This document shows, piece after piece, positions 9,615 to 18,536 of a DNA stretch of 54,227 bases. The stretch comes from an uncultured Desulfocapsaceae bacterium (GTDB lineage Bacteria; Desulfobacterota; Desulfobulbia; Desulfobulbales; Desulfocapsaceae), in assembly GCA_964637245.1 (NCBI GenBank), contig CAZWVC010000001.1, forward strand, positions 1-54,227. Reading direction: 5' to 3'. Position 1 is the stretch's first letter. Every line of letters starts with the position of its first letter. The notes beneath the pieces were generated by a model, which saw only the letters and a list, made by a program, of their open reading frames with translations, was not told the DNA's origin and did no database searches. Position numbers and translations under genes: made by a program.

Positions 9615-12023
9615 TTAAAATTTCTTTGCCAAGTCATGAAATTGTAACTCTCTTTCTGCCAGCTTTTTCCATTGAGGGTCACTTCCTTTTTCGACAATCT
9701 CTTGAAATAGCTTTAAAGAACTCTCCTCGTTGCCTCTGTCACGTTCGATTGTTGCTAGACGATAACGAGAATTATCATAGAATTTAGAATTCTCTTTCAG
9801 GACTAAAAAGAGTTGTTCGGCAAGTTCAAAACGTTCCTGCTGATATAAGCTTTCAGCAAGAATAAAGAGCAGGTTTTCTGATGCTAGGTCTCCACTTGCC
9901 CAGTATTTCTCCAAGCTCAAAATGGAACGTTCATACATTGAGTATTTGAAATACAGAGTTGCAGCTATCTCATCAAACTCCTTCATTTCAGGAAGATTAC
10001 CTTTAAGCATTTCCAATGCCATCTCCTCTTTTCCTGCAGCAATCAGGGACTGCAAACGTATCAAAGTGATTTGGTCACGATCGAGTCCTTCTGGATAATT
10101 ATAAAAATACTGGGTGGCATAATCTTCGATAAGATCGTAACTGTTTTGCGAATAAAGAATCGAGAGGAGGGGGAGGTAATATTTTTCTCTTGATATCTCA
10201 TCTGATCTACTGAAGAGATAGAGATATAATTTCTTTGCCTCTTCATAAAGACTCAACTCATGATAGGCTTTTGCCAAAAGCCCAAGTAACTTTGTATCTA
10301 TCCAATTTTTCTGGAAAAAGTCTCTGTTTTTTTTAGCAAGCACTAAAGCCTTGATATATTGTTTGTCGTCTAGGAGTTGTTTGAGGTGTTTTGGCAGAAC
10401 CTCAATGAGTAGCGCCTTGGCTGTCTCCGTTAGATTACTCGCTCGGTAATCTCTAAGAAACTTCAACAATAATTCAATAGATTCAGATTTGTTATCGAGC
10501 TCGTAGTGAACAATTGCCTCTTTTAATGCAGCCTCCTCGGCGACTTCACGATCCGTTGCCTTTTCTGCAAAAGCTTTATAGTATTTTGCGCTTGTTTTCC
10601 TCCAACTTGGTTGCGATAAGTATCGGATATCTGCTTTTTTCACGGCTGCCCTGAATCCCGCCATCGTTCCAGGATAAGTATCTTCGATGCTGGAAAAGAT
10701 TACATACATCTCTCGTGCAGATTTATGATGCAACTCAGCCAGTGCCTTTTTTATACTTACCAGGCTTAATTCTTCCTTCGTGGATACTGTTGTGCTGAGT
10801 TTTTGAAAACACTTTGAAGCTTCTTTATGTTTTTTTTGTTTATAGAGGGTATTGCAAAATCCATTTAATGAAAAAGGTTGAGAGTCTAGTATCGATTTCT
10901 CATCAAATAGCTGATATCCGACATATGCCTTCACATAATCTCCAGTAGTGAACCAGTAATCTGATTGTCTCAGTTTTTTCAGTGAAGCCAGTTTAGGAGG
11001 CAGGGCGATATCATCTTTAAGCAGGAGTTCAGCCACTCTGTTCAGTTGGCCTGTAGCAATTCCTGCTTCTATTTGGGAAAAATAAATGAATGGTGAAAGT
11101 TTAAAGTTTTCATCCTGGTGTTGGCCGAGGTTACGAAATTCATATTCTGCCAAGTGGATATCCCCATGCTCAGCTCGCAGGTGGGCTAATAAATACGCAG
11201 CAGCTATACCAACGTACTCCTCACTATATTTTTCTTTAAGGAGGTAGAGTTGTTTAAATGAATTCTCAAAATCCCCGGCACGAAAGAGAATTTCACCAAT
11301 TGTTAAGGCCAGTAGTTTTTTGGTTTCTGGTTCTACCCCGTGTGAAATTGCCTCTAATAGGTGGGGTACCATATCTTCCCAAAGTTCTTTGACCGCCATG
11401 GTAAAGATGTTTTCGCTTAGAATATCGTTGCCATTTATATCTGGAAGTAAATCTATAATTGGAAATGGCGGCATGCTAAATTTAAGCGGAGCAGATGTTA
11501 TTATTTCTGGCGAGTAGCTAGAAAAAAATGATCTCCAATTTTCGGTATAAGGATTTGAAACAAAGGGATTAGCAAAATCAACTCCTTGCTGTGAAACTAC
11601 AGTGAGACCTTGAAGCTTTGTAGAAAGCTCTGGATACGTTTTGGTGAACTGATTGCCAAGAAGAATATCTAGGACTAGTGTTGTGTCATCCTGACGGGAA
11701 AGAAAAAATTTCTGCGGATCATAACGAAGAAAAAAACTAAGTATTGTTTCCTCCTGCTTTTGTAAAGTCAGAAATTTGACCACTTTGTCATCAACTGGAT
11801 AATTTATTGGTTCAACATTTGACAGCAGGGTTTCAAGAACAATGTCAATTCTTTTTCCCTTCTGGATATGTCTATATGTAGGAACCTCTTTAAATGTCAT
11901 ATAAATTTGGACATTATTTGAGTTTACCGCTGAACGAATTTTTACCAATTCCGTTTCCTTTGCACACACAAGAAATGGCCAAAATATCAGGAAAAATAGT
12001 ATGTAATTTGTCAGTTTTTGCAT
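9615..12023 (-). CDS. Exported TPR-repeat protein heading the flagellar basal-body operon (about 802 aa)
   Basis: Start moved to ATG 12023, giving signal peptide MQKLTNYILFFLIFWPFLVCA (the longer start overlaps a sigma54 promoter). Beta-rich N-terminal domain then many TPR-like helical pairs. Confidence 0.75.
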   Translation of the reverse strand: MQKLTNYILFFLIFWPFLVCAKETELVKIRSAVNSNNVQIYMTFKEVPTYRHIQKGKRIDIVLETLLSNVEPINYPVDDKVVKFLTLQKQEETILSFFLRYDPQKFFLSRQDDTTLVLDILLGNQFTKTYPELSTKLQGLTVVSQQGVDFANPFVSNPYTENWRSFFSSYSPEIITSAPLKFSMPPFPIIDLLPDINGNDILSENIFTMAVKELWEDMVPHLLEAISHGVEPETKKLLALTIGEILFRAGDFENSFKQLYLLKEKYSEEYVGIAAAYLLAHLRAEHGDIHLAEYEFRNLGQHQDENFKLSPFIYFSQIEAGIATGQLNRVAELLLKDDIALPPKLASLKKLRQSDYWFTTGDYVKAYVGYQLFDEKSILDSQPFSLNGFCNTLYKQKKHKEASKCFQKLSTTVSTKEELSLVSIKKALAELHHKSAREMYVIFSSIEDTYPGTMAGFRAAVKKADIRYLSQPSWRKTSAKYYKAFAEKATDREVAEEAALKEAIVHYELDNKSESIELLLKFLRDYRASNLTETAKALLIEVLPKHLKQLLDDKQYIKALVLAKKNRDFFQKNWIDTKLLGLLAKAYHELSLYEEAKKLYLYLFSRSDEISREKYYLPLLSILYSQNSYDLIEDYATQYFYNYPEGLDRDQITLIRLQSLIAAGKEEMALEMLKGNLPEMKEFDEIAATLYFKYSMYERSILSLEKYWASGDLASENLLFILAESLYQQERFELAEQLFLVLKENSKFYDNSRYRLATIERDRGNEESSLKLFQEIVEKGSDPQWKKLAERELQFHDLAKKF

Positions 12024-12060
12024 AATTTTAATTAATCTTATACTGTTCCGGCAACATGTT

Positions 12061-12078
12061 TTGCAATTACCATTCCAG
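12061..12078 (-). promoter_or_regulatory. sigma54 -24/-12 promoter for the TPR-flgB-fli operon
   Basis: Minus strand CTGGAATGGTAATTGCAA: GG-N10-GC spacing, about 40 nt upstream of ATG 12023. Confidence 0.7.
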
Positions 12079-12126
12079 TAGACGCTCCAATACAACTAGT
12101 CTGTTTTTATAATGAATCAAAAAATG

Positions 12127-12144
12127 CTGGTGCGGTAATTGCAA
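12127..12144 (+). promoter_or_regulatory. sigma54 -24/-12 promoter facing cheY-cheX
   Basis: Plus strand CTGGTGCGGTAATTGCAA: GG-N10-GC spacing, 15/18 identical to the divergent element. Confidence 0.6.
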
Positions 12145-12427
12145 GTGGGAAATCGTTTCCCAGATAATTGTGGAGCTGTAATGTTGGCTATGATTTTTAA
12201 TGTTTGTATTAGGGGAGATGGGCTGAACTCTGAGGAGTTTCTAACCTAAAAATTGGGACTAATTCTGAAGTAATTTGATTTTTTTTAACGGATCTTGATA
12301 CTATAGAGCAGGCACATCGTAATCTTGATGTATTTACATCGATTGAAATCGCCATTACGAGGCCTAAATTGGATTATATCAATAAAAGGATATATAAAAA
12401 TAGTCACACTATAATTAGGAGGAATGA

Positions 12428-12799
12428 ATGGGAAAGAATGTATTGCTGGTAGATGACTCAAGCACAATGAGAAAAATCATTGGTAGATCATTGCGCCAGG
12501 CTGGAATAGATTTTGACAATATTTTCGAAGCTGGAGATGGTGTGGAAGCCCTAGAAGTTCTCGAGAATGAAGCTGTCGATATTGTTCTGAGTGATATCAA
12601 TATGCCTAATATGGACGGGATATCTTTTCTTCGTGAAAAATCCACCCGCGACAATATAAAAGATATTCCTGTATTGATGATATCAACTGAAACAGGAGAA
12701 GATATAATTGGTGAAGCAAAATCTCTTGGAGCTGTTGGGGCCATCAAAAAGCCCTTCACCCCAGATAAAGTTAATGAAGTGCTCGGTCCACTTCTCTAG
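12428..12799 (+). CDS. cheY: Chemotaxis response regulator CheY
   Basis: Single REC domain: LVDDS, phospho-Asp in SDINMP, ST, KPFT. AGGAGG SD. Confidence 0.9.
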   Translation: MGKNVLLVDDSSTMRKIIGRSLRQAGIDFDNIFEAGDGVEALEVLENEAVDIVLSDINMPNMDGISFLREKSTRDNIKDIPVLMISTETGEDIIGEAKSLGAVGAIKKPFTPDKVNEVLGPLL

Positions 12800-12811
12800 C
12801 TATCATCGTAA

Positions 12812-13279
12812 ATGGAGGAGTTTGTGAACCTAAGAGAGCAAATAATTAACTCAACGATAGAGATATTCACGAGTATGGTGATGATGGACATTACTGTATC
12901 TGAATCCCAGTGCGATGAATATGGTACTCTAGAAGAAACTATTACCGGGGTGATTGGACTGGCAGGCACCCGCAAAGGTGTTATGGCTGTTCATATCCCT
13001 CATAAGGTTGCTTTTGCTATAACCAGCAATTTCCTAGGTATTGATATCGATGATATTAATGAGGATGTTGAGGATGCCATCGGTGAAATTGCAAACATGC
13101 TGGGAGGCAACATTAAATCTATTTTGTCTGAGAAGGGTCGGGATATTGATCTTTCATTACCATCTACTGTTTCCGGAAAAGAGTATGGTTTTCAGACAAT
13201 AAAAGGCGCTGAGAAAGTCTTGATTACATTTAATTCTGACGTCGGTAATTTCTTGGTTGAACTTCAACTTGAAAAATAA
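12812..13279 (+). CDS. cheX: CheY-P phosphatase CheX (copy 1)
   Basis: GVIGLAG, DAIGEIANMLGG (E-x2-N active site), LSLPS. Confidence 0.9.
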   Translation: MEEFVNLREQIINSTIEIFTSMVMMDITVSESQCDEYGTLEETITGVIGLAGTRKGVMAVHIPHKVAFAITSNFLGIDIDDINEDVEDAIGEIANMLGGNIKSILSEKGRDIDLSLPSTVSGKEYGFQTIKGAEKVLITFNSDVGNFLVELQLEK

Positions 13280-13288
13280 TTTCAACAC

Positions 13289-13312
13289 CTGGAAGTACAT
13301 CCGTGCTTCCAG
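13289..13312 (+). other. Intergenic stem-loop between the two cheX genes
   Basis: CTGGAAGTAC-ATCC-GTGCTTCCAG, 10-bp stem with one G-U pair, no U-tract. Confidence 0.5.
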
Positions 13313-13328
13313 ATATTAATCACATTCT

Positions 13329-13799
13329 ATGCCAGAATTTAATACTAATTTGATGGCAGAGATAACCAAAGCCACTCAAGAGATCTTTAGCACCATGATT
13401 ATGATGAATGTCGAAGCAAAAGACATGGAAAACGGTGCTGAAGTTAAATCAAATATCTCGACCATGATCGGTTTAGGTGGAGATATTCGCGGTTTGCTGG
13501 TAATCCATTTTCCCAAAGAAGTTGCTGTTAGCATAACTTCCAGTTTCCTAGGGATGACTGTGGAAGCTTTAGATGAAGATGTAAAGGATGCAGTTGGAGA
13601 AATTGCCAATATGATGGCCGGGAATTTGAAAATTTTCTTTGCTGATAATTCGATACAAACGGAGTTGGCTATTCCTACAGCAGTGATAGGAAAATCCTAC
13701 CGCACCGGCGGATTGACTGGTGCAGAGAATATTATGGTATTGTTTAGCTGTGAGCCTGGGGTCTTTCTTGTAGAGTTAAAATATATACTCAATTCTTAA
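13329..13799 (+). CDS. cheX: CheY-P phosphatase CheX (copy 2)
   Basis: MIGLGG, DAVGEIANMMAG, LAIPT. Confidence 0.9.
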   Translation: MPEFNTNLMAEITKATQEIFSTMIMMNVEAKDMENGAEVKSNISTMIGLGGDIRGLLVIHFPKEVAVSITSSFLGMTVEALDEDVKDAVGEIANMMAGNLKIFFADNSIQTELAIPTAVIGKSYRTGGLTGAENIMVLFSCEPGVFLVELKYILNS

Positions 13800-13807
13800 C
13801 TATATCT

Positions 13808-13834
13808 TAATTTACGTTTTCCCTCTGCCGATAC
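13808..13834 (+). promoter_or_regulatory. sigma28 (FliA)-type promoter
   Basis: TAAT-N15-GCCGATAC versus consensus TAAA-N15-GCCGATAA, 48 nt upstream of ATG 13883. Confidence 0.65.
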
Positions 13835-13882
13835 ATATACATAACTTTAAAAACTAAGCATTTAATCCTTCAATTTCTCATT

Positions 13883-15724
13883 ATGACAGTTCAGCAGAAA
13901 TTAGACAAGGTTCTCGAAACCGTTCGAGAACGATTACAAGAAGAAGTCGGCGCACTCATGGGCGTTGACTTCAAGCTAACTGATCTATTCAGTCAATATT
14001 CAACTAAAGAAGAATACCTTGCTGAACAATCCGGAAAAAAAATAATTGCAGAAATGGATATCACCGGAGATATCGAAGGTCATGGTGCTTTAGTCATTGG
14101 TATCAAAGACGCTATACGTCTTGGTGGTACATTGATAATGCTTCCTCAAGCTGAATTGGATGAGGTTGTAAACAGTGAAAACTATTCTGAAGAAACCGAG
14201 GATTCCTATGGTGAGATAGCAAATATTATCGCCGGGTCCTATACCAAGGTTTTTGAGGAATTGTTCCCCAAATCCTGTAGGTTTATACGCAAACAGCAAA
14301 CAGTTGTTGCCCCGCTGAAAACAGATGTTTCTGCAGAGGAGCATTTTCCAGAGCAATGGTATTATGTAGCCAAATCATCAATGTCACTTGATGGCATACA
14401 GATGGATGACATCGATATGCTTATTCCTGCTGAAGCCTTCGGAATGGAAATTCCCGAAACAGCTAAGGAGGTGGGTGAACAAGGATTCGACAGTCAGGAG
14501 ACAACGGTTAATGAAAATACACCGAGCAACTCCGAATCTGATGTAGCCAGTGATCGCGAAGAAAAGTCAGAACCAACTTTAGGTGCTGAAGATAAAAATC
14601 AATCTGCTCTTCCAGATACTGACAACAAACCTTTAATTAAAGATATTAAAAATCACCAAAAACTTGTTAACTCACTGTTAACTGCAAGTAATGATATACT
14701 CTCCCAAGAGGTTGGGGCACTCCTAGGTATTGATATCAAACTTAAAGATTACAGTTTTGAACCAATTGCAAAAGAAGAGTTTTTTCCTGATGGGGTTTCA
14801 GGCAAGCAGGTTCTTACACATATGGATTTAGTTGATGGTGCTGAAGGGAAGGGTTATCTCTTTATTGGTCTTAAAGACGCTATTCGACTTGGCTCAATAC
14901 TAATAATGTTACCCCCCTCGGAACTTGAAATTGCCATAAATGAGGACGAACTTTCTCCAGATGCAGAAGATGCCTATGGTGAAATAGCTAATATAATTTC
15001 TGGAGCCTACACTTCTGTTTTTCAGGAACAATATAAAGACAGTATTCGTTTTATAAAAACCGACCTGGAAACTGTTGTACCAGCGAAAGTTGATGCGGAA
15101 TCAGACGATGTGATTCCCAATCAACACTATTACCTCAGCACTAGCAGCCTCTATATTGAAGATCAGCAATATGGCAACATAAATATGCTGATCCCGATTT
15201 CGCTGCTACAGCTCGACCAACTCCTGGCAGATCAACAAGAAACAGACCAACCTGATGAGAGCAATTTACCAGATAATGTATCATCAATAGCACCTGACTC
15301 TACTAACTCTGCAACTGAAGCTGGCGCAACTGAGGCGCCTTCTGCAAATCACAAGAATGATTCTTCAGAAATATTAATAATTGAGAACAACAGGGAAGAA
15401 GCGGATAAGGTCACTGCTGAGCTTGACCAGATGGGTATTTCTTCAACATCAATTGGTTTTAACGAGAACATTAGTTACCACCTCCATTCCCAATTGCGGT
15501 TGGTCATCATTGTTATGCAAGAGGTGGACGAGCAGGCGTATGGTGTCACCATTAAAGTGAACACCCACGCCGCAATTCCCATAGTTGCAGCAGGTGCTCA
15601 ATGGACAAGAACCAAAGTAATCAAAGCCGTGAAGTATGGAATTAATGATATTTTGCTTACTCCTGCATCCAGGGATGATATCCAAGAGAAAATTCAAAAT
15701 AACATAATGCAGATGGCTGCTTAA
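13883..15724 (+). CDS. Protein with two tandem CheC/CheX-like domains and a degenerate C-terminal receiver domain
   Basis: Internal duplication (QEEVGALMG/QEVGALLG, KDAIRLGGTLIMLP/KDAIRLGSILIMLP, DSYGEIANII/DAYGEIANII), acidic linkers, REC-like tail ILIIENN...AVKYGINDILLTP. Confidence 0.75.
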   Translation: MTVQQKLDKVLETVRERLQEEVGALMGVDFKLTDLFSQYSTKEEYLAEQSGKKIIAEMDITGDIEGHGALVIGIKDAIRLGGTLIMLPQAELDEVVNSENYSEETEDSYGEIANIIAGSYTKVFEELFPKSCRFIRKQQTVVAPLKTDVSAEEHFPEQWYYVAKSSMSLDGIQMDDIDMLIPAEAFGMEIPETAKEVGEQGFDSQETTVNENTPSNSESDVASDREEKSEPTLGAEDKNQSALPDTDNKPLIKDIKNHQKLVNSLLTASNDILSQEVGALLGIDIKLKDYSFEPIAKEEFFPDGVSGKQVLTHMDLVDGAEGKGYLFIGLKDAIRLGSILIMLPPSELEIAINEDELSPDAEDAYGEIANIISGAYTSVFQEQYKDSIRFIKTDLETVVPAKVDAESDDVIPNQHYYLSTSSLYIEDQQYGNINMLIPISLLQLDQLLADQQETDQPDESNLPDNVSSIAPDSTNSATEAGATEAPSANHKNDSSEILIIENNREEADKVTAELDQMGISSTSIGFNENISYHLHSQLRLVIIVMQEVDEQAYGVTIKVNTHAAIPIVAAGAQWTRTKVIKAVKYGINDILLTPASRDDIQEKIQNNIMQMAA

Positions 15725-15736
15725 TCTTTTTCAATA

Positions 15737-17194
15737 TTACCAGCTATCTGGGTCTATCTTCTTTTTCTTGATTTTTTCTAATAGGGTCGTCCTCTTCAAA
15801 TTTAAAAGTCGTGCAGCTTCTTTTTTATTTCCACCCGAGGCACGCATAGCGTTAATTATTAGCCTTGTCTCAAAATCATTGATAACTTCATTGAAATCAA
15901 TCTCTTGATCGAAGGGTATTTCTTCCTGAGTCGCTAATGGTATTTCAAGATTCTCCGTAACCTCATCACTGGCGAAAGATTCAGTGATATGCCGTATATC
16001 TTCATTGGTTTGATTTTCCTCTAGGAGATATTTTTCAGGCAAATCTGTCACTTCAACTTTTTTCCCAGAAAAAAGTACCGACATATGCTGAATCAGATTT
16101 TCCAGCTCTCGAACATTTCCACGCCAGTTGTATCTCAGCAATACTTCCAAAGCATTATTGGAAAAACTAAATCTGTCTCTTCCGCGACTGACCGTATAGG
16201 TCTGGATAAAAAATTCTATGAGGATTGGAATGTCTTCTTTTCGTGCCTTTAAAGGAGGTATATTCAGAGGTATTACACTCAGCCTGTAATATAAATCCTC
16301 TCTAAATTTACCTTCTTTAACAAATTTTTCCAGATCACAATGGGTTGCTGCGAGAATTCTGGTATCCACAGGTGTTGCCTGCAAACCGCCTACAGGTTCA
16401 AATTCTTTTTCTTGAATTACTCTTAGCAGTTTGGCTTGCAGAGTTGGCTTCATATCACCTATTTCATCTAAAAATAGCGTTCCTCCATCGGCATACTGGA
16501 TGCGACCTTGTTTATTTTGGGTTGCACCAGTAAATGCTCCTTTAGTGTGGCCGAACAATTCGCTTTCAAGCAAATCATCCGGTATTGCCGCACAATTAAC
16601 TGGCACAAAGTTTTTATCATATCTCCGGCTTTTGGTGTGAATTGCTTTGGCGACCAGTTCCTTGCCAGTACCTGATTCACCGCGGATAAGTACGGTTGAA
16701 TAATCATCTTCAGCTACGCGACCTATAAGATCGAAAAGTTGTGCCATTTTAACTGATTTCCCTATTATCCCACAGAACTGATCACCATGGGACACAGCCT
16801 CGGTATTTTCTGAGAGGTGGAGATGTTTCTCGAGGGCACGTTTCAAAACGATTCGGACTTCAGCTTCATCGTAGGGTTTGGTTATATAAAAAAATGGATT
16901 TTGTTGCAGAATCTGAGAGCGTAGCTGGCTGTCGTCACCAGGGAGTACTGCTATAAAGAGGGAAGTGAATGATTCCTGCAGTTTTTTGTAAATGTGAAGG
17001 CCTGTTTGGGTGTCACCAAAGGATATATCAATAAATATGATATCGGGGTTTTTCCTCTGCAGAATAGTCGAAATATCATCCTTTTTTGAAATACAGCTAA
17101 AAGATGTCTCAAATGAGGATTCTAATGTTGAGATAAGATTGGAAACAACTCTGTACTCTGAATCTATAAAAAGTACTGATGCTTTTATGGTCAT
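15737..17194 (-). CDS. sigma54-dependent transcriptional activator (REC-AAA+-Fis HTH), candidate FlrA/FleQ/FlgR-type flagellar regulator
   Basis: [62 protein letters not shown]. Confidence 0.9.
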   Translation of the reverse strand: MTIKASVLFIDSEYRVVSNLISTLESSFETSFSCISKKDDISTILQRKNPDIIFIDISFGDTQTGLHIYKKLQESFTSLFIAVLPGDDSQLRSQILQQNPFFYITKPYDEAEVRIVLKRALEKHLHLSENTEAVSHGDQFCGIIGKSVKMAQLFDLIGRVAEDDYSTVLIRGESGTGKELVAKAIHTKSRRYDKNFVPVNCAAIPDDLLESELFGHTKGAFTGATQNKQGRIQYADGGTLFLDEIGDMKPTLQAKLLRVIQEKEFEPVGGLQATPVDTRILAATHCDLEKFVKEGKFREDLYYRLSVIPLNIPPLKARKEDIPILIEFFIQTYTVSRGRDRFSFSNNALEVLLRYNWRGNVRELENLIQHMSVLFSGKKVEVTDLPEKYLLEENQTNEDIRHITESFASDEVTENLEIPLATQEEIPFDQEIDFNEVINDFETRLIINAMRASGGNKKEAARLLNLKRTTLLEKIKKKKIDPDSW

Positions 17195-17230
17195 AAGAGC
17201 CTTTTAGTTGAAAAAGATATGTGGTTTTCT

Positions 17231-17716
17231 TCATCTGACTTGAAGCAAATCAGCTAATTTGCTCGACGTTCTACGCATATTCAAGCTAAGAAGTCTTGCG
17301 GTTTTCTGGATCAACTTTACACCCAGGGCAGGTGATCTTTCGGTTAATATATCAAAACCCTTTTCGGTGAGAGTAACTAAAATACTAGGCTGCTTAGCTA
17401 TAACAGTTGCTGAGCGAGTTGACTTATCAATGATTGCCATTTCTCCTATGGAGTTACCTTTGGTTAATCGAGCAATGATAATATTCTCTCCAGTTTCAGC
17501 TTTTTTAATAACTTCAAGAATTCCTCGAACAACGAAACCCATAAAGCTGCCTTTATCGCCCTCAACAAACAAATATTCACCTCTTTTAAGATGTACATAG
17601 CTCATATGTTTTGACAATATGTCAAGTTCCTCCACATTAAATGAATCAAAGAGGGGGAGGTTGAGAAGAAAATTCCGAGTATCTTCTTCGGTTTCGGTAA
17701 GATTGTGTTTGAACAT
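17231..17716 (-). CDS. Stand-alone cyclic nucleotide-binding domain protein
   Basis: LF.EGD.G..M.FV..G and intact phosphate-binding cassette GEMAIIDKSTRSATV, no HTH. Confidence 0.88.
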   Translation of the reverse strand: MFKHNLTETEEDTRNFLLNLPLFDSFNVEELDILSKHMSYVHLKRGEYLFVEGDKGSFMGFVVRGILEVIKKAETGENIIIARLTKGNSIGEMAIIDKSTRSATVIAKQPSILVTLTEKGFDILTERSPALGVKLIQKTARLLSLNMRRTSSKLADLLQVR

Positions 17717-17993
17717 TATCGAATTAGATATATTTATCTTATTGTAAATCTTTGTGTCATTAATTTGTCATTTAGGATTAAATATATCACAGTGAAGTAT
17801 AAAATGGAAAACTACTTTCACTCTTTCTGTAGAATAAGTGTTAATTTTTCATGAAACAGCAATATGTTATGTTAGGTGTGATTTTTTTGACAGAAGAAAT
17901 GCATTTAGTCTATCTCACGACCAGATAATGCCAGGCAGTGAGACAAATTCATTCAATTTATTAGATGGTTGACGTTAAGCCGACCAGTATTTT

Positions 17994-18536
17994 ATGCTTA
18001 GGAAGCTCATTTATAATTTTATTATACTGTCTTTTTTTCTCGTACTTTCGTGCCAGGTCTCTTTTGCTGGAAATGATAACAATTACTCAGCAACAGTCAC
18101 CACTATAATAGATGGTGATACAATCCATGTACAAAGAGGAAGCACTACTAAGGTAATCAGGTTATGGGGTGTAGATGCCCCTGAGTGGGATCAGCCGTAC
18201 TCAATTGAAGCAAAGCGTTTCCTCCAACACCTCTTACTTAACCAAACAGTTGGAATTCAACATCTATACACAGATGATTATGCTCGCTCTATCGCTCTGG
18301 TAATATATAAAAAAGTGAACATCAATCATCTACTTGTAAAAAATGGCTATGCCTGGGTACATGACCTATATTGTAAAGAATCGGTCTGTATTCAATGGAA
18401 GAAAACAGAAAAACAAGCCAGGGAGGATGGAAAAGGTTTGTGGGCTTCACCAAACCCTGTATCTCCTTGGGAGTGGAAATGGCAGAAAAGAAAGACCAAA
18501 AAGAAACAAAAACCTTATCAGACAATAGAGTTTTAG
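17994..18536 (+). CDS. Secreted thermonuclease (SNase family)
   Basis: Signal peptide, IIDGDT, IRLWGVDAPE.DQ, DDYAR, G.AW, GLW...P..PWEW. Confidence 0.92.
   Translation: MLRKLIYNFIILSFFLVLSCQVSFAGNDNNYSATVTTIIDGDTIHVQRGSTTKVIRLWGVDAPEWDQPYSIEAKRFLQHLLLNQTVGIQHLYTDDYARSIALVIYKKVNINHLLVKNGYAWVHDLYCKESVCIQWKKTEKQAREDGKGLWASPNPVSPWEWKWQKRKTKKKQKPYQTIEF

Noticed and set aside
12024-12095. N-terminal extensions given by the ORF track (also fliH 5784, regulator 19797, hisG 26414, greA 35398, tsaC 38598)
   Set aside because: They overlap promoters, terminators or neighbouring genes. Downstream ATGs have better SDs or family-typical starts.
12205-12260. GGAGATGG start resembling a fluoride riboswitch, plus a search for c-di-GMP riboswitches near motility genes
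   Set aside because: Required pairing and downstream conserved segments were not found by eye.
17195-17233. Possible TGA readthrough fusing the cNMP gene to the in-frame sigma54 activator
   Set aside because: An in-frame TAA follows eight codons after the TGA, and there is no Cys-like context or SECIS.
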